Assembly: GCA_044236265.1 (NCBI GenBank)
Contig: JBIIGV010000001.1
Span: 1 to 64,000, forward strand
Length of the DNA: 64,000 bases
From: Oligoflexales bacterium
GTDB lineage: Bacteria > Bdellovibrionota_B > Oligoflexia > Oligoflexales > RGVZ01
Direction: 5' to 3'
Positions 21,042 to 28,745 of this stretch are shown here, piece by piece. The position numbers and the translations under genes are program-made. Numbering within the stretch: the stretch's first letter is position 1; the number at the start of each line of letters is the position of its first letter. Below the pieces are notes generated by a model, which worked only from the letters and a program-made list of their open reading frames with translations, did not search any database and was not told the origin of the DNA.

Positions 21042-22277
21042 ATGATGAAGATGTCTATTCGTGACGGTCTCAAAGGTGTTTTTGTTATTAGCATGATCTG
21101 CCTTGTAAGCTGTAAGTCGAGTAGCCCCTCTGGTTCAGGGTTGAAAGACGACTTCGCGTCTTCGTCTGTAAAAATTGAGCCACAGTTTTATCCCATTGAA
21201 GGGCCGTCCGACGCAATTTTCCGAAATCGTAAAATCACTCAAAATTATTATTACGGCGGGCAAGCGCTAAACCAGATTTTATCGCGTCATGAACCAGGTT
21301 TTGATTTTCAGGCCAACTGGCTTCACTTTGGCATTTGGGGCTCAATGCGCGCTGGGGAGTCAATGGATGGCACTGATCTTCAGGTTGTAACGGCGACCAA
21401 AGATTTTCTTTTTGACTACATGGAACAATCTTTGGCATGGCTTCCAGATGGCGTACGGGCCCCATATATCGAAAACTTAAGAAAAGACCGCGACCTCATC
21501 AAAACAGTGGATAAGATCGTTCAGCAGTCACTGGCTGGAGGAAACCAGCGAGTTGCCGAAGAAATTATGGGCGCAACTGATCGCTACATTCGCATGCTTG
21601 GCTGCGACGCCGTGTATGATGAGACCAGACTGAAAAAGTTTATGGACACCTTTCAATACGACTTGGACCGCAATGCCCCTTTTGAAGCTGTTTGGGAGCG
21701 CTTGTTAGCAGGAATTCCTGCTTTGTCAAAAGGAGCGCGACACTCTGGGGGGCAGGATGCCCTTGCGCGGGCCTATGAGGCTTATCACAAATCACGTTTT
21801 GAGAAGGACCCCGTCACGCGAGCCCAGATGATCTATTACGGTAATCTCTTGATCGCCATTCACGAACAGTTTGTACTGCAAACGTATATTTCCGGCGCTA
21901 TTGGAATTTTGGATCCTGCCAGCTCCATTTACCGAAAAGCGGCAACTGTTTTGGCTATGGATATTGGTCTTCCTGATTCCGGATTTACCGGTGTCTCCCG
22001 ACCAGGCGTGGGTTTGAAACGCTATCCTTTGCGACAGAGTTTGCCCGCAAAGAACTTTTCAAAAAGCCTCACCCGGTACACGTATCCACCTTTAGTTGAG
22101 TTGGCGGCAGTCACTGGCCTCGATGTCAACACGGGTCGCGGTGCAACTGATTGGCAAGACTATCGGTCTAGAGTTTACTTCATAGCGGGACTTATGCGGA
22201 CCATGCAATCAAATCCCTTGACGGCTTCGTTCCCATTTTCTGGGCCACATGCGAGTTCAAGCGTTCAATGTCGGTGA
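21042..22277 (+). CDS. Hypothetical lipoprotein of uncharacterised helical family
   Basis: GGAG RBS; lipobox LVS-C; conserved-looking blocks RNRKITQNY, ANWLHFGIWGS, GGNQRV, NLLIAIHEQ, DWQDYRSRVYFI. Confidence 0.7.
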   Translation: MMKMSIRDGLKGVFVISMICLVSCKSSSPSGSGLKDDFASSSVKIEPQFYPIEGPSDAIFRNRKITQNYYYGGQALNQILSRHEPGFDFQANWLHFGIWGSMRAGESMDGTDLQVVTATKDFLFDYMEQSLAWLPDGVRAPYIENLRKDRDLIKTVDKIVQQSLAGGNQRVAEEIMGATDRYIRMLGCDAVYDETRLKKFMDTFQYDLDRNAPFEAVWERLLAGIPALSKGARHSGGQDALARAYEAYHKSRFEKDPVTRAQMIYYGNLLIAIHEQFVLQTYISGAIGILDPASSIYRKAATVLAMDIGLPDSGFTGVSRPGVGLKRYPLRQSLPAKNFSKSLTRYTYPPLVELAAVTGLDVNTGRGATDWQDYRSRVYFIAGLMRTMQSNPLTASFPFSGPHASSSVQCR

Positions 22278-22279
22278 TG

Positions 22280-23206
22280 TCAGATTTCAATAGTCCCAGC
22301 GAATACAAAAGTAGCTGGGCCAGCAAGTGTAACGATATCATCTTCGCTATCTTGCTTTGCGTAAAGTCGTCCTCCCGGCATCTCAATTCCAATCCATAAT
22401 GATCGCTCGGCCAATCCAGTGGCAAGAGCTGCAACGCCTACGGCGCATGCGCCGGTCCCACAAGCTTGGGTGGGTCCGACTCCGCGCTCCCAGGGGAACA
22501 CCTGAAATAATTCTCCTAATTCCTCACCGAGATCTTTTCTTGCTTGCTGCCGATCCTTGTCGGTTATTTCAAGCGATGACGCAACGTGAACATTGATACC
22601 GTCTCCGCCGCGAACCGTTTGCAAAGGTTTGCCTGCGATTTTTGCCAAATCAGCAGTGGCGTCTTCAACCGTGATAACAACGTGAGGATTGCCAAGGCTT
22701 ACGGTTTCAACATCTCCTTTGAGGTCTGGATTTGCCGATTGCAGAGACCTCACGGCGCCAGTGACTTCGCTAGTCCATGTATTTGATTGGCCGACAACAG
22801 GAATCGGCATAGCAACTGCAACGAATGGATTAGACTCATGGCCCATAAATCGACAGTCAATTCCTGTTCCTTGAACGGTCATAGTGACGCCGTCAAAGTC
22901 TAAAACTCCCTCGCGGTGAGCTCGTCTTCTTGCACTCATGGCCGCACAGCGAAGACCATTGCCGCAGTTTTTTGCGAGGCTTCCATCTGCATTAATAATC
23001 ACAAGCTCTTCGGGGTGTGGGTCTTTTCTAGACTTTGAAACAAGTACCAAAATGCCATCAGCTGCGATTCCGGAGCCATCTCTAGAACAAAGTTTAGGTG
23101 CCAGTCTCGAGAGGGTTGGTACTAGCATGTCTTTATCTGGTGTGAGAATCCAAGTGACAATGAAGTCATTTTTCGCACCATGCCATTTTTCAAAATCGAT
23201 GAACAT
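22280..23206 (-). CDS. dapF: Diaminopimelate epimerase
   Basis: FEKWHGAKNDF, NADGS..KNCGNG, LGNPH, WERGVGPTQACGTG; both catalytic Cys present. Confidence 0.95.
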   Translation of the reverse strand: MFIDFEKWHGAKNDFIVTWILTPDKDMLVPTLSRLAPKLCSRDGSGIAADGILVLVSKSRKDPHPEELVIINADGSLAKNCGNGLRCAAMSARRRAHREGVLDFDGVTMTVQGTGIDCRFMGHESNPFVAVAMPIPVVGQSNTWTSEVTGAVRSLQSANPDLKGDVETVSLGNPHVVITVEDATADLAKIAGKPLQTVRGGDGINVHVASSLEITDKDRQQARKDLGEELGELFQVFPWERGVGPTQACGTGACAVGVAALATGLAERSLWIGIEMPGGRLYAKQDSEDDIVTLAGPATFVFAGTIEI

Positions 23207-23227
23207 AACAAGTCCTGATGGAGTAAA

Positions 23228-23950
23228 TTAGTGTGGATTTAATTTATAGCCGCGACCTCTAACGCTGATCAGAATTTTCGGATCTTTTGGATCTTGTTCA
23301 ATCATTTTACGTAGTCGCACGACAAAATTATCAATCGTTCTGGTCTCAGTCGTTGCTCGCATACCCCAGACTTTTTCTAGTAAATGCTCTCGGCTGACGA
23401 CTTTGCCAGGATTGATCATTAATTCTTTTAAAAAATCAGACTCAAGCTTGGTGACTGGAACGACCCCAGACTTGGTCTTAAGTGTTAATTGACCACAGTC
23501 TAATTCGAGATTTCCGATAGAAAATCGTGGTGAATCCTTATTTTTTTCTTCTTCTTTGGTGTAAAGCGCTGCGCGCTCGGTCATGCGGCGAACGCGCGCC
23601 AATAGTTCCTTCAGGTGAAAGGGCTTTGAAATGTAATCGTCAACCCCGGCCTCAAATCCTTGGAGTCTATCGTCTTCCCCTGTTCTAGCGGTCAGCATAA
23701 GAATTCCGATCTTCGGATCGTGATGCCTAATGGACCTTGCGACCTGAAATCCATCCATTTCTGGCAGCATCACGTCCAAGATCACGCCTTGGAATGGACC
23801 TTTGGTGGCAAAGTCTTGTACGGCTTGAGCGCCATCTGCAGCGTGCGTAACTTCAAAACCTTCTGCTTCCAAATTTAATTTGAGAGTAAAAGCTAGATGC
23901 GGCTCGTCTTCGACGAGGAGTAATTTTTCATGATGTCCTGGGTTTGTCAT
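23228..23950 (-). CDS. OmpR/PhoB-family response regulator
   Basis: LLVEDE, ILDVMLP, MLTAR, DDYISKPF; winged helix RTIDNFVVRLRK...VRGRGY. Confidence 0.95.
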   Translation of the reverse strand: MTNPGHHEKLLLVEDEPHLAFTLKLNLEAEGFEVTHAADGAQAVQDFATKGPFQGVILDVMLPEMDGFQVARSIRHHDPKIGILMLTARTGEDDRLQGFEAGVDDYISKPFHLKELLARVRRMTERAALYTKEEEKNKDSPRFSIGNLELDCGQLTLKTKSGVVPVTKLESDFLKELMINPGKVVSREHLLEKVWGMRATTETRTIDNFVVRLRKMIEQDPKDPKILISVRGRGYKLNPH

Positions 23951-24966
23951 GCAGGAAAGCTCGCAATGAATGTAGAACCTTCGCCCTGGCCGGAGCTTGA
24001 GACAGAAATGTGACCGCCAATCTGTTCCATGGTCGTTTTTACAATAAAAAGTCCAAGGCCGGTACCAGGAATTGCACGCGAGGTGGCGTTGTCACTTCGG
24101 TAAAACATTTTAAAAATCCGTTTTTTGTCCCGCTTTGATAAACCTAGACCAAAGTCTTTAACAATCACGTCCATGTGATCCAATTTTTTGTCTATGGAAA
24201 CCTCGACGACCCCTTTGCTAGGTGAGTATTTGATGGCGTTTTCGAGAAGATTTCCCAAAACCATATTGAGTGCATTTTGGCTGCCGTACCACGTCGATCC
24301 TTCAGGACAGCTAACTCTGACTCGATCCTTGAGATTTGGATCAAGATGATTCAGCGTCTCAAGTACCGCATTAATAGCTTTTGCTATGTCGATTGTGCGA
24401 ATATCGTCATTAAACATCGAAAGCCCGCGATCAAGCCTTGACGAGATGAGGATTTGATTGACCAGGCGAATGAGACGCTCGATATCGACGATGCTCATTG
24501 AAAGGAGTTTTTTTTGGGTCTCCTCGGGCAGCGCGCGTTTAGTGAGTGTTTCGTAGGCTAGATGAATACTGGCCAAAGGAGTTCTAAGTTCGTGGGTCAC
24601 GCTTGAAACAAAGTGTCTTTGCTGTTGGATGAGTGATGTCTGACGTTGGCCCCATACGAAAAGCAAGATCGTTCCTGCACCAATCATTGAGAGTAGAACG
24701 ATGCCAACCACGATCAGTGCGACAACGCTTGTATCGTCGGTTGGAAGAAGTGACGGGCTAAGCTGTGAGGCAAGTTTTTCAATTTCACGACGACGACCGA
24801 TGAACCAGATAACCCAAAGTGTAACCACTGCGGTCCACAGAATCTGGACGGCTACGAAGATGCTGATAGGATGAAATATCCACCAAATTCGGCTAAAAAT
24901 CTTACGCTTAAGGCGGCCGGAAAAAATGGAGCTTTTAGCAGTCGATCTTGGAGTCAGCGTACTAAT
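23947..24966 (-). CDS. Membrane sensor histidine kinase (start uncertain, probably non-canonical ATT/CTG)
   Basis: H-box VTHELRTPL, N-box NLLENAIKYS, DFGLG, GTGLGL; frame open upstream of GTG 24828 through the first TM helix with no ATG/GTG/TTG. Confidence 0.9.
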   Translation of the reverse strand: MSTLTPRSTAKSSIFSGRLKRKIFSRIWWIFHPISIFVAVQILWTAVVTLWVIWFIGRRREIEKLASQLSPSLLPTDDTSVVALIVVGIVLLSMIGAGTILLFVWGQRQTSLIQQQRHFVSSVTHELRTPLASIHLAYETLTKRALPEETQKKLLSMSIVDIERLIRLVNQILISSRLDRGLSMFNDDIRTIDIAKAINAVLETLNHLDPNLKDRVRVSCPEGSTWYGSQNALNMVLGNLLENAIKYSPSKGVVEVSIDKKLDHMDVIVKDFGLGLSKRDKKRIFKMFYRSDNATSRAIPGTGLGLFIVKTTMEQIGGHISVSSSGQGEGSTFIASFPA

Positions 24967-24977
24967 AAGGTCTCGTC

Positions 24978-25580
24978 TCAGTGAATCACATGGATGGAGT
25001 TATTTGCTGTTTTGAGCTCACTTTTAAGCTCTAAAGCCATGTTTAGCAGTTTATTATAATTATAGCGACCGACGATCAAGGCGACCTCATCGGCAGCGTT
25101 GGCCTCGATCAAGGCTCGTACTAATTGGCTGGTAAGTTCAAATGAGTTTTCATCGCTGAGCGCTCCAGGGCATGGGTAAAGGGCGACTTTACGGACTTTG
25201 AGATTAGAAACAGTTTCTGTCACCATGCCAACCCAAACAGCATAGTCTCTGAAGTTGTCGCCTGGGCAAGGGGTGACAAAAACTCGTCTGGCCTGCCCCT
25301 CCTCTGTCGCTATGCCCATCAAAGATGGTTCTAAAACACTCTGTCCCTTAAGTTCTAGTTCGTAGAGAAGCCTGGAGGTGGAGGTCTCCTCAAGCATCTC
25401 GGGGCATGCTACGGCGCCAGATTTGGCAAATGTCACCACAAGATGTTCTGAGATGTCACGATCGTTGACTGCAAGAGAGATGATAATTCCCTTTTGGCCT
25501 AAGTGAGACGCAGATGGTTCTTCAGAATTTGGTGCTGATTGAAGGTTTTGAATCTGAGGATCGACGTGAATGGTCGTCAT
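24978..25580 (-). CDS. Hypothetical protein
   Basis: GGAGG RBS before ATG 25580; 200-aa ORF fills the gap between nusB and the kinase. Confidence 0.65.
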   Translation of the reverse strand: MTTIHVDPQIQNLQSAPNSEEPSASHLGQKGIIISLAVNDRDISEHLVVTFAKSGAVACPEMLEETSTSRLLYELELKGQSVLEPSLMGIATEEGQARRVFVTPCPGDNFRDYAVWVGMVTETVSNLKVRKVALYPCPGALSDENSFELTSQLVRALIEANAADEVALIVGRYNYNKLLNMALELKSELKTANNSIHVIH

Positions 25581-25630
25581 GAGGCCTCCCGTGGCTAGTG
25601 AGGGCTTCAAGATTTCGAGCGGTATACCTT

Positions 25631-26056
25631 TTAGGTTGGTCGCCTCAGGTCGGCGACAACGGCATCAAGAATCCCATTTACAAAGGCGCTTGAGTGCTCA
25701 GTTCCATACCGTTTTGAAAGCTCGATAGCCTCATTCAAGATTACCTTATCTGGGGCCATTTTCTCAAGAATTTCAAAGGTTGCCATGCGAAGAACGACCC
25801 TATCTGTGCTGGCCATCCTGGATATTTTCCAGTTTTTGCTGTGTCCTGCGATGATTTCATCGAGTTTATTGATATTTGATAGAACACCCTTGACCAAGGT
25901 GTTTAGATAGTCCTTAAAAGTAGGCTCTACTTTAAAATACTGTACAAAGTTTTCAAAATGCTCGTCTGAGAAATAAAAAAGCTTGTCAGCTTCGCACTGA
26001 TATAGAAACTGCACGGCGAAGTCACGGGCCGTTGTATTGGGATTGGTCGTCGTCAC
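25631..26056 (-). CDS. nusB: Transcription antitermination factor NusB
   Basis: ARDFAVQFLYQ, NWKISRM...DRVVLR, VILNEAIELSKRYG, FVNGILD; follows ribH. Confidence 0.95.
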   Translation of the reverse strand: MTTTNPNTTARDFAVQFLYQCEADKLFYFSDEHFENFVQYFKVEPTFKDYLNTLVKGVLSNINKLDEIIAGHSKNWKISRMASTDRVVLRMATFEILEKMAPDKVILNEAIELSKRYGTEHSSAFVNGILDAVVADLRRPT

Positions 26057-26083
26057 GGTGAAATCTCCTTGGTTTGAGCTCTT

Positions 26084-26539
26084 TTAAATCTTTGCCATGA
26101 GCGACGACATTTCAATGGCCGCAGAGGCAGCGTCACGACCTTTATTGCCATATTTGATTCCACTGCGATTGAGTGCCTGCTCGACGGTGTTTGTCGTGAG
26201 GACTCCAAAAATAACCGGTACGCTGGTCTCAAGACCGACATTCATGACGCCGCGGGCGCATTCTCCGGCAACAAAATCAAAGTGCGGAGTTTCTCCTTTA
26301 ATGACTGCGCCCAAGGTTACAATTGCAGCATAGTCTCCAGATCTTGCTGCTTTGGCAGCCACGACCGGAATCTCAAAGCAGCCTGGAACCCAAACAATCT
26401 CAACCTGGTCGTCGAGGCCAGCGTCTTTAAATGTTTCCTCTGCACCTGCCAGTAAGCAACGCGTAATCATTTCATTGAAGCGAGCAACAACGATCAAAAA
26501 TTTCTTTGAACGGGACGCCTTTGAGTTGTTTTTTGTCAT
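26084..26539 (-). CDS. ribH: 6,7-dimethyl-8-ribityllumazine synthase
   Basis: IVVARFN, VPGCFEIP, GAVIKGETPHFDFV, PVIFGVLT, NKG. Confidence 0.97.
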   Translation of the reverse strand: MTKNNSKASRSKKFLIVVARFNEMITRCLLAGAEETFKDAGLDDQVEIVWVPGCFEIPVVAAKAARSGDYAAIVTLGAVIKGETPHFDFVAGECARGVMNVGLETSVPVIFGVLTTNTVEQALNRSGIKYGNKGRDAASAAIEMSSLMAKI

Positions 26540-26564
26540 GAGTAAGTTCTCCTTTTGACTCGAT

Positions 26565-27701
26565 TCAAGATTGAGTTTGAGTTTGAATTAACACGTTATC
26601 CACAACCTCAAGTCCAAATCCGGCGAGGCCTTTGAGTGTTCGTGGTTGTGAGACGTGCGTGCGCATGCGCTGGATGCCGAGGGATCTGATAATTTGCGCG
26701 CCAATCCCCAAGAGTCTGGAGTCCATAGCAGTAACTTTTTGTTCATCCGATGACGTGATGGTCGAAACATCTTTGAAATCCGGAAAGGCAGCCTGTGACG
26801 ATGCATAGCTAAGGTAGACTACGACTGCGGATTTGGACTGCTGTAGCATGTCAAAGCCGTACTGGACGAGATCAAGCTTGTTTTTTAAGCCTCTTCCAAA
26901 GACATCAAGAAATGGCTTTTGTCGATGAACACGCACATCCACGATCGAGTCATCAAAGAATTCTTTCCCTTTAACAAGAGCAAGATGCTGTGACTTATCC
27001 AAAAGAGATTCGAATAGTATCGCTTCAAACGTTCCAGACCGTGTTTCAATGACTCCTTGATCAACCACTTTCACGAGGCTGTCACGCACGAGTCTGTAGG
27101 CAATCAGATCGTCAATAGTGACGATCGGTAGTTTATGTTTTGCGGCAAAATTTTCGAGATCCGGCATTCTAGCCATTGAACCATCATCATTCATGATCTC
27201 GCAAATTACAGCTGCTGGCTTACAACCAGCTAGCTTGGCAAGATCAACCGATCCTTCGGTGTGACCTGAGCGTTCTAGGACGCCACCTTTTTTAGCCCTT
27301 AGCGGGAAAATATGTCCAGGAACCACCAAGTCTTCAGGCTTTGCACCATCAGCCACGGCGACTTTAACTGTGTGAGAGCGATCTGCAGCTGAGATTCCAG
27401 TGGTCACACCAAAGCAAGCTTCAATGCTAACGGTGAATGCGGTTTTGTGGCCACTCGTTGATTTTGAAACATCATCCATGAGAGGAAGCTTCAATTGATC
27501 AACAAGTTCGGGAGCGAGTGGCAAACAGATAAGGCCGCGGGCCTCTTTTGCCATAAAGTTTATTTTTTCTGGAGTTGAGTGTTCTGCTGCAAAGACAATG
27601 TCGCCTTCGTTTTCACGGTCTTCATCATCGACCATAATGACCATTCCGCCTTTGCGGATGGTTTCGATAGCTTCAACGACGCGGGTGATACTTTTATCCA
27701 T
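26565..27701 (-). CDS. ribB: 3,4-dihydroxy-2-butanone-4-phosphate synthase with degenerate GTP cyclohydrolase II-like domain (RibBX type)
   Basis: DDEDRENEGD, GLIC, TAFTVSIE, TTGISAADR, PGHIFPL, GHTEG, CEIMNDDG; C-terminal domain VRVHRQKPFLDVFG has no Zn-binding Cys. Confidence 0.92.
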   Translation of the reverse strand: MDKSITRVVEAIETIRKGGMVIMVDDEDRENEGDIVFAAEHSTPEKINFMAKEARGLICLPLAPELVDQLKLPLMDDVSKSTSGHKTAFTVSIEACFGVTTGISAADRSHTVKVAVADGAKPEDLVVPGHIFPLRAKKGGVLERSGHTEGSVDLAKLAGCKPAAVICEIMNDDGSMARMPDLENFAAKHKLPIVTIDDLIAYRLVRDSLVKVVDQGVIETRSGTFEAILFESLLDKSQHLALVKGKEFFDDSIVDVRVHRQKPFLDVFGRGLKNKLDLVQYGFDMLQQSKSAVVVYLSYASSQAAFPDFKDVSTITSSDEQKVTAMDSRLLGIGAQIIRSLGIQRMRTHVSQPRTLKGLAGFGLEVVDNVLIQTQTQS

Positions 27702-28038
27702 AGCTTACGCTCCGGTTACGATCTTGCCACTAGCCTCGTGGGACTAGCCGGCGCCGAAAAAATGCAGTCAGTTCAAAGAGCAACAAATCCACCGTAACTG
27801 CACGATCTCTCAGCCTTTGATGGTGGCTCCTTATGAACTGAGATTAAGTAAAAAGCAATGATTTTAATAAAAATGATCGCCATGGGGTGGCCCGCCCAGA
27901 GTGATTTTATATTAAATACAGGTACTTAGATTAAAATCAAAGGCCTCCCCTTTTAATAGAGGTTCATGGGGCCTACGAATAGTTCCCACATAAGGCATAA
28001 TAGAAGCTGACATCATCTTAAGTCAGAGGGGGGCAGTC

Positions 28039-28731
28039 ATGGCGACAACGAATCTCAAGATATGGTCAATTTGTATGACTCTGGTGATGCATCTGACCTC
28101 CTGCAAGACGTCCCAAGACGACTCAAAGCTTAATGATGTCATCATCTCTGAAAAATATCAGGTTCAGTGCAACGGAGATTGGATTTGCGGCGACACAGAT
28201 GTGTTGAAGGGCTCGGTTAAGGCGACGGTGAAGTACGGACCGAATGCGTTCGCCGAGTGTAGCAACGATCTCAAAGCTCAAGTTGCAAAAATCGCTTTAT
28301 GTAAGTCACCTAGCCTCATTGAGACGTCTGTTAAACATGAAGAGCTGACGAGGGAGTCTAATTGGATCACCTGCACGTCAGACCTGGGAAAAAAATTTTG
28401 TACCTATATGGATGATGCGATAGCGGTGATCAAGCCGTGCAAGAACTCTCAAGATTGCGCCTTTAGATGGAATACCCAGTTGGAGCAGATGCGACTGTTT
28501 CGCTCGCGCTGGGAGCGCCTAAATATCGAGCGTCCTGTAACAGCCGATGCCGAGGTTGCAGAAAAATCCACAAAACTAGCGAGGACGATGTGTTCAAAGG
28601 AAGTCTCAACTTATAATCCAGCAGAATTTAAAGAAATGCTTGTGACTATGAATGCTGTCTTAAAGATTCTGGAGAAAGTTCAGATCTCTGCAAAAATTGA
28701 ACAGCCAGCGTTTTGTGAGTATAAATTCTAA
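28039..28731 (+). CDS. Cys-rich hypothetical lipoprotein
   Basis: GAGGGGGG RBS; lipobox LTS-C; about 10 further Cys; AT-rich upstream region. Confidence 0.7.
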   Translation: MATTNLKIWSICMTLVMHLTSCKTSQDDSKLNDVIISEKYQVQCNGDWICGDTDVLKGSVKATVKYGPNAFAECSNDLKAQVAKIALCKSPSLIETSVKHEELTRESNWITCTSDLGKKFCTYMDDAIAVIKPCKNSQDCAFRWNTQLEQMRLFRSRWERLNIERPVTADAEVAEKSTKLARTMCSKEVSTYNPAEFKEMLVTMNAVLKILEKVQISAKIEQPAFCEYKF

Positions 28732-28745
28732 ACGAAACTCTTTTG

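Noticed and set aside
27702..28038. Canonical FMN (RFN) riboswitch upstream of ribB
   Set aside because: The conserved AGGGCGGGGTGAAATTCCC...ACCGGCGGT / AGTCCGGATG elements were not found on the minus strand; the lone GGCTGAGAG is not enough for a TPP riboswitch either.
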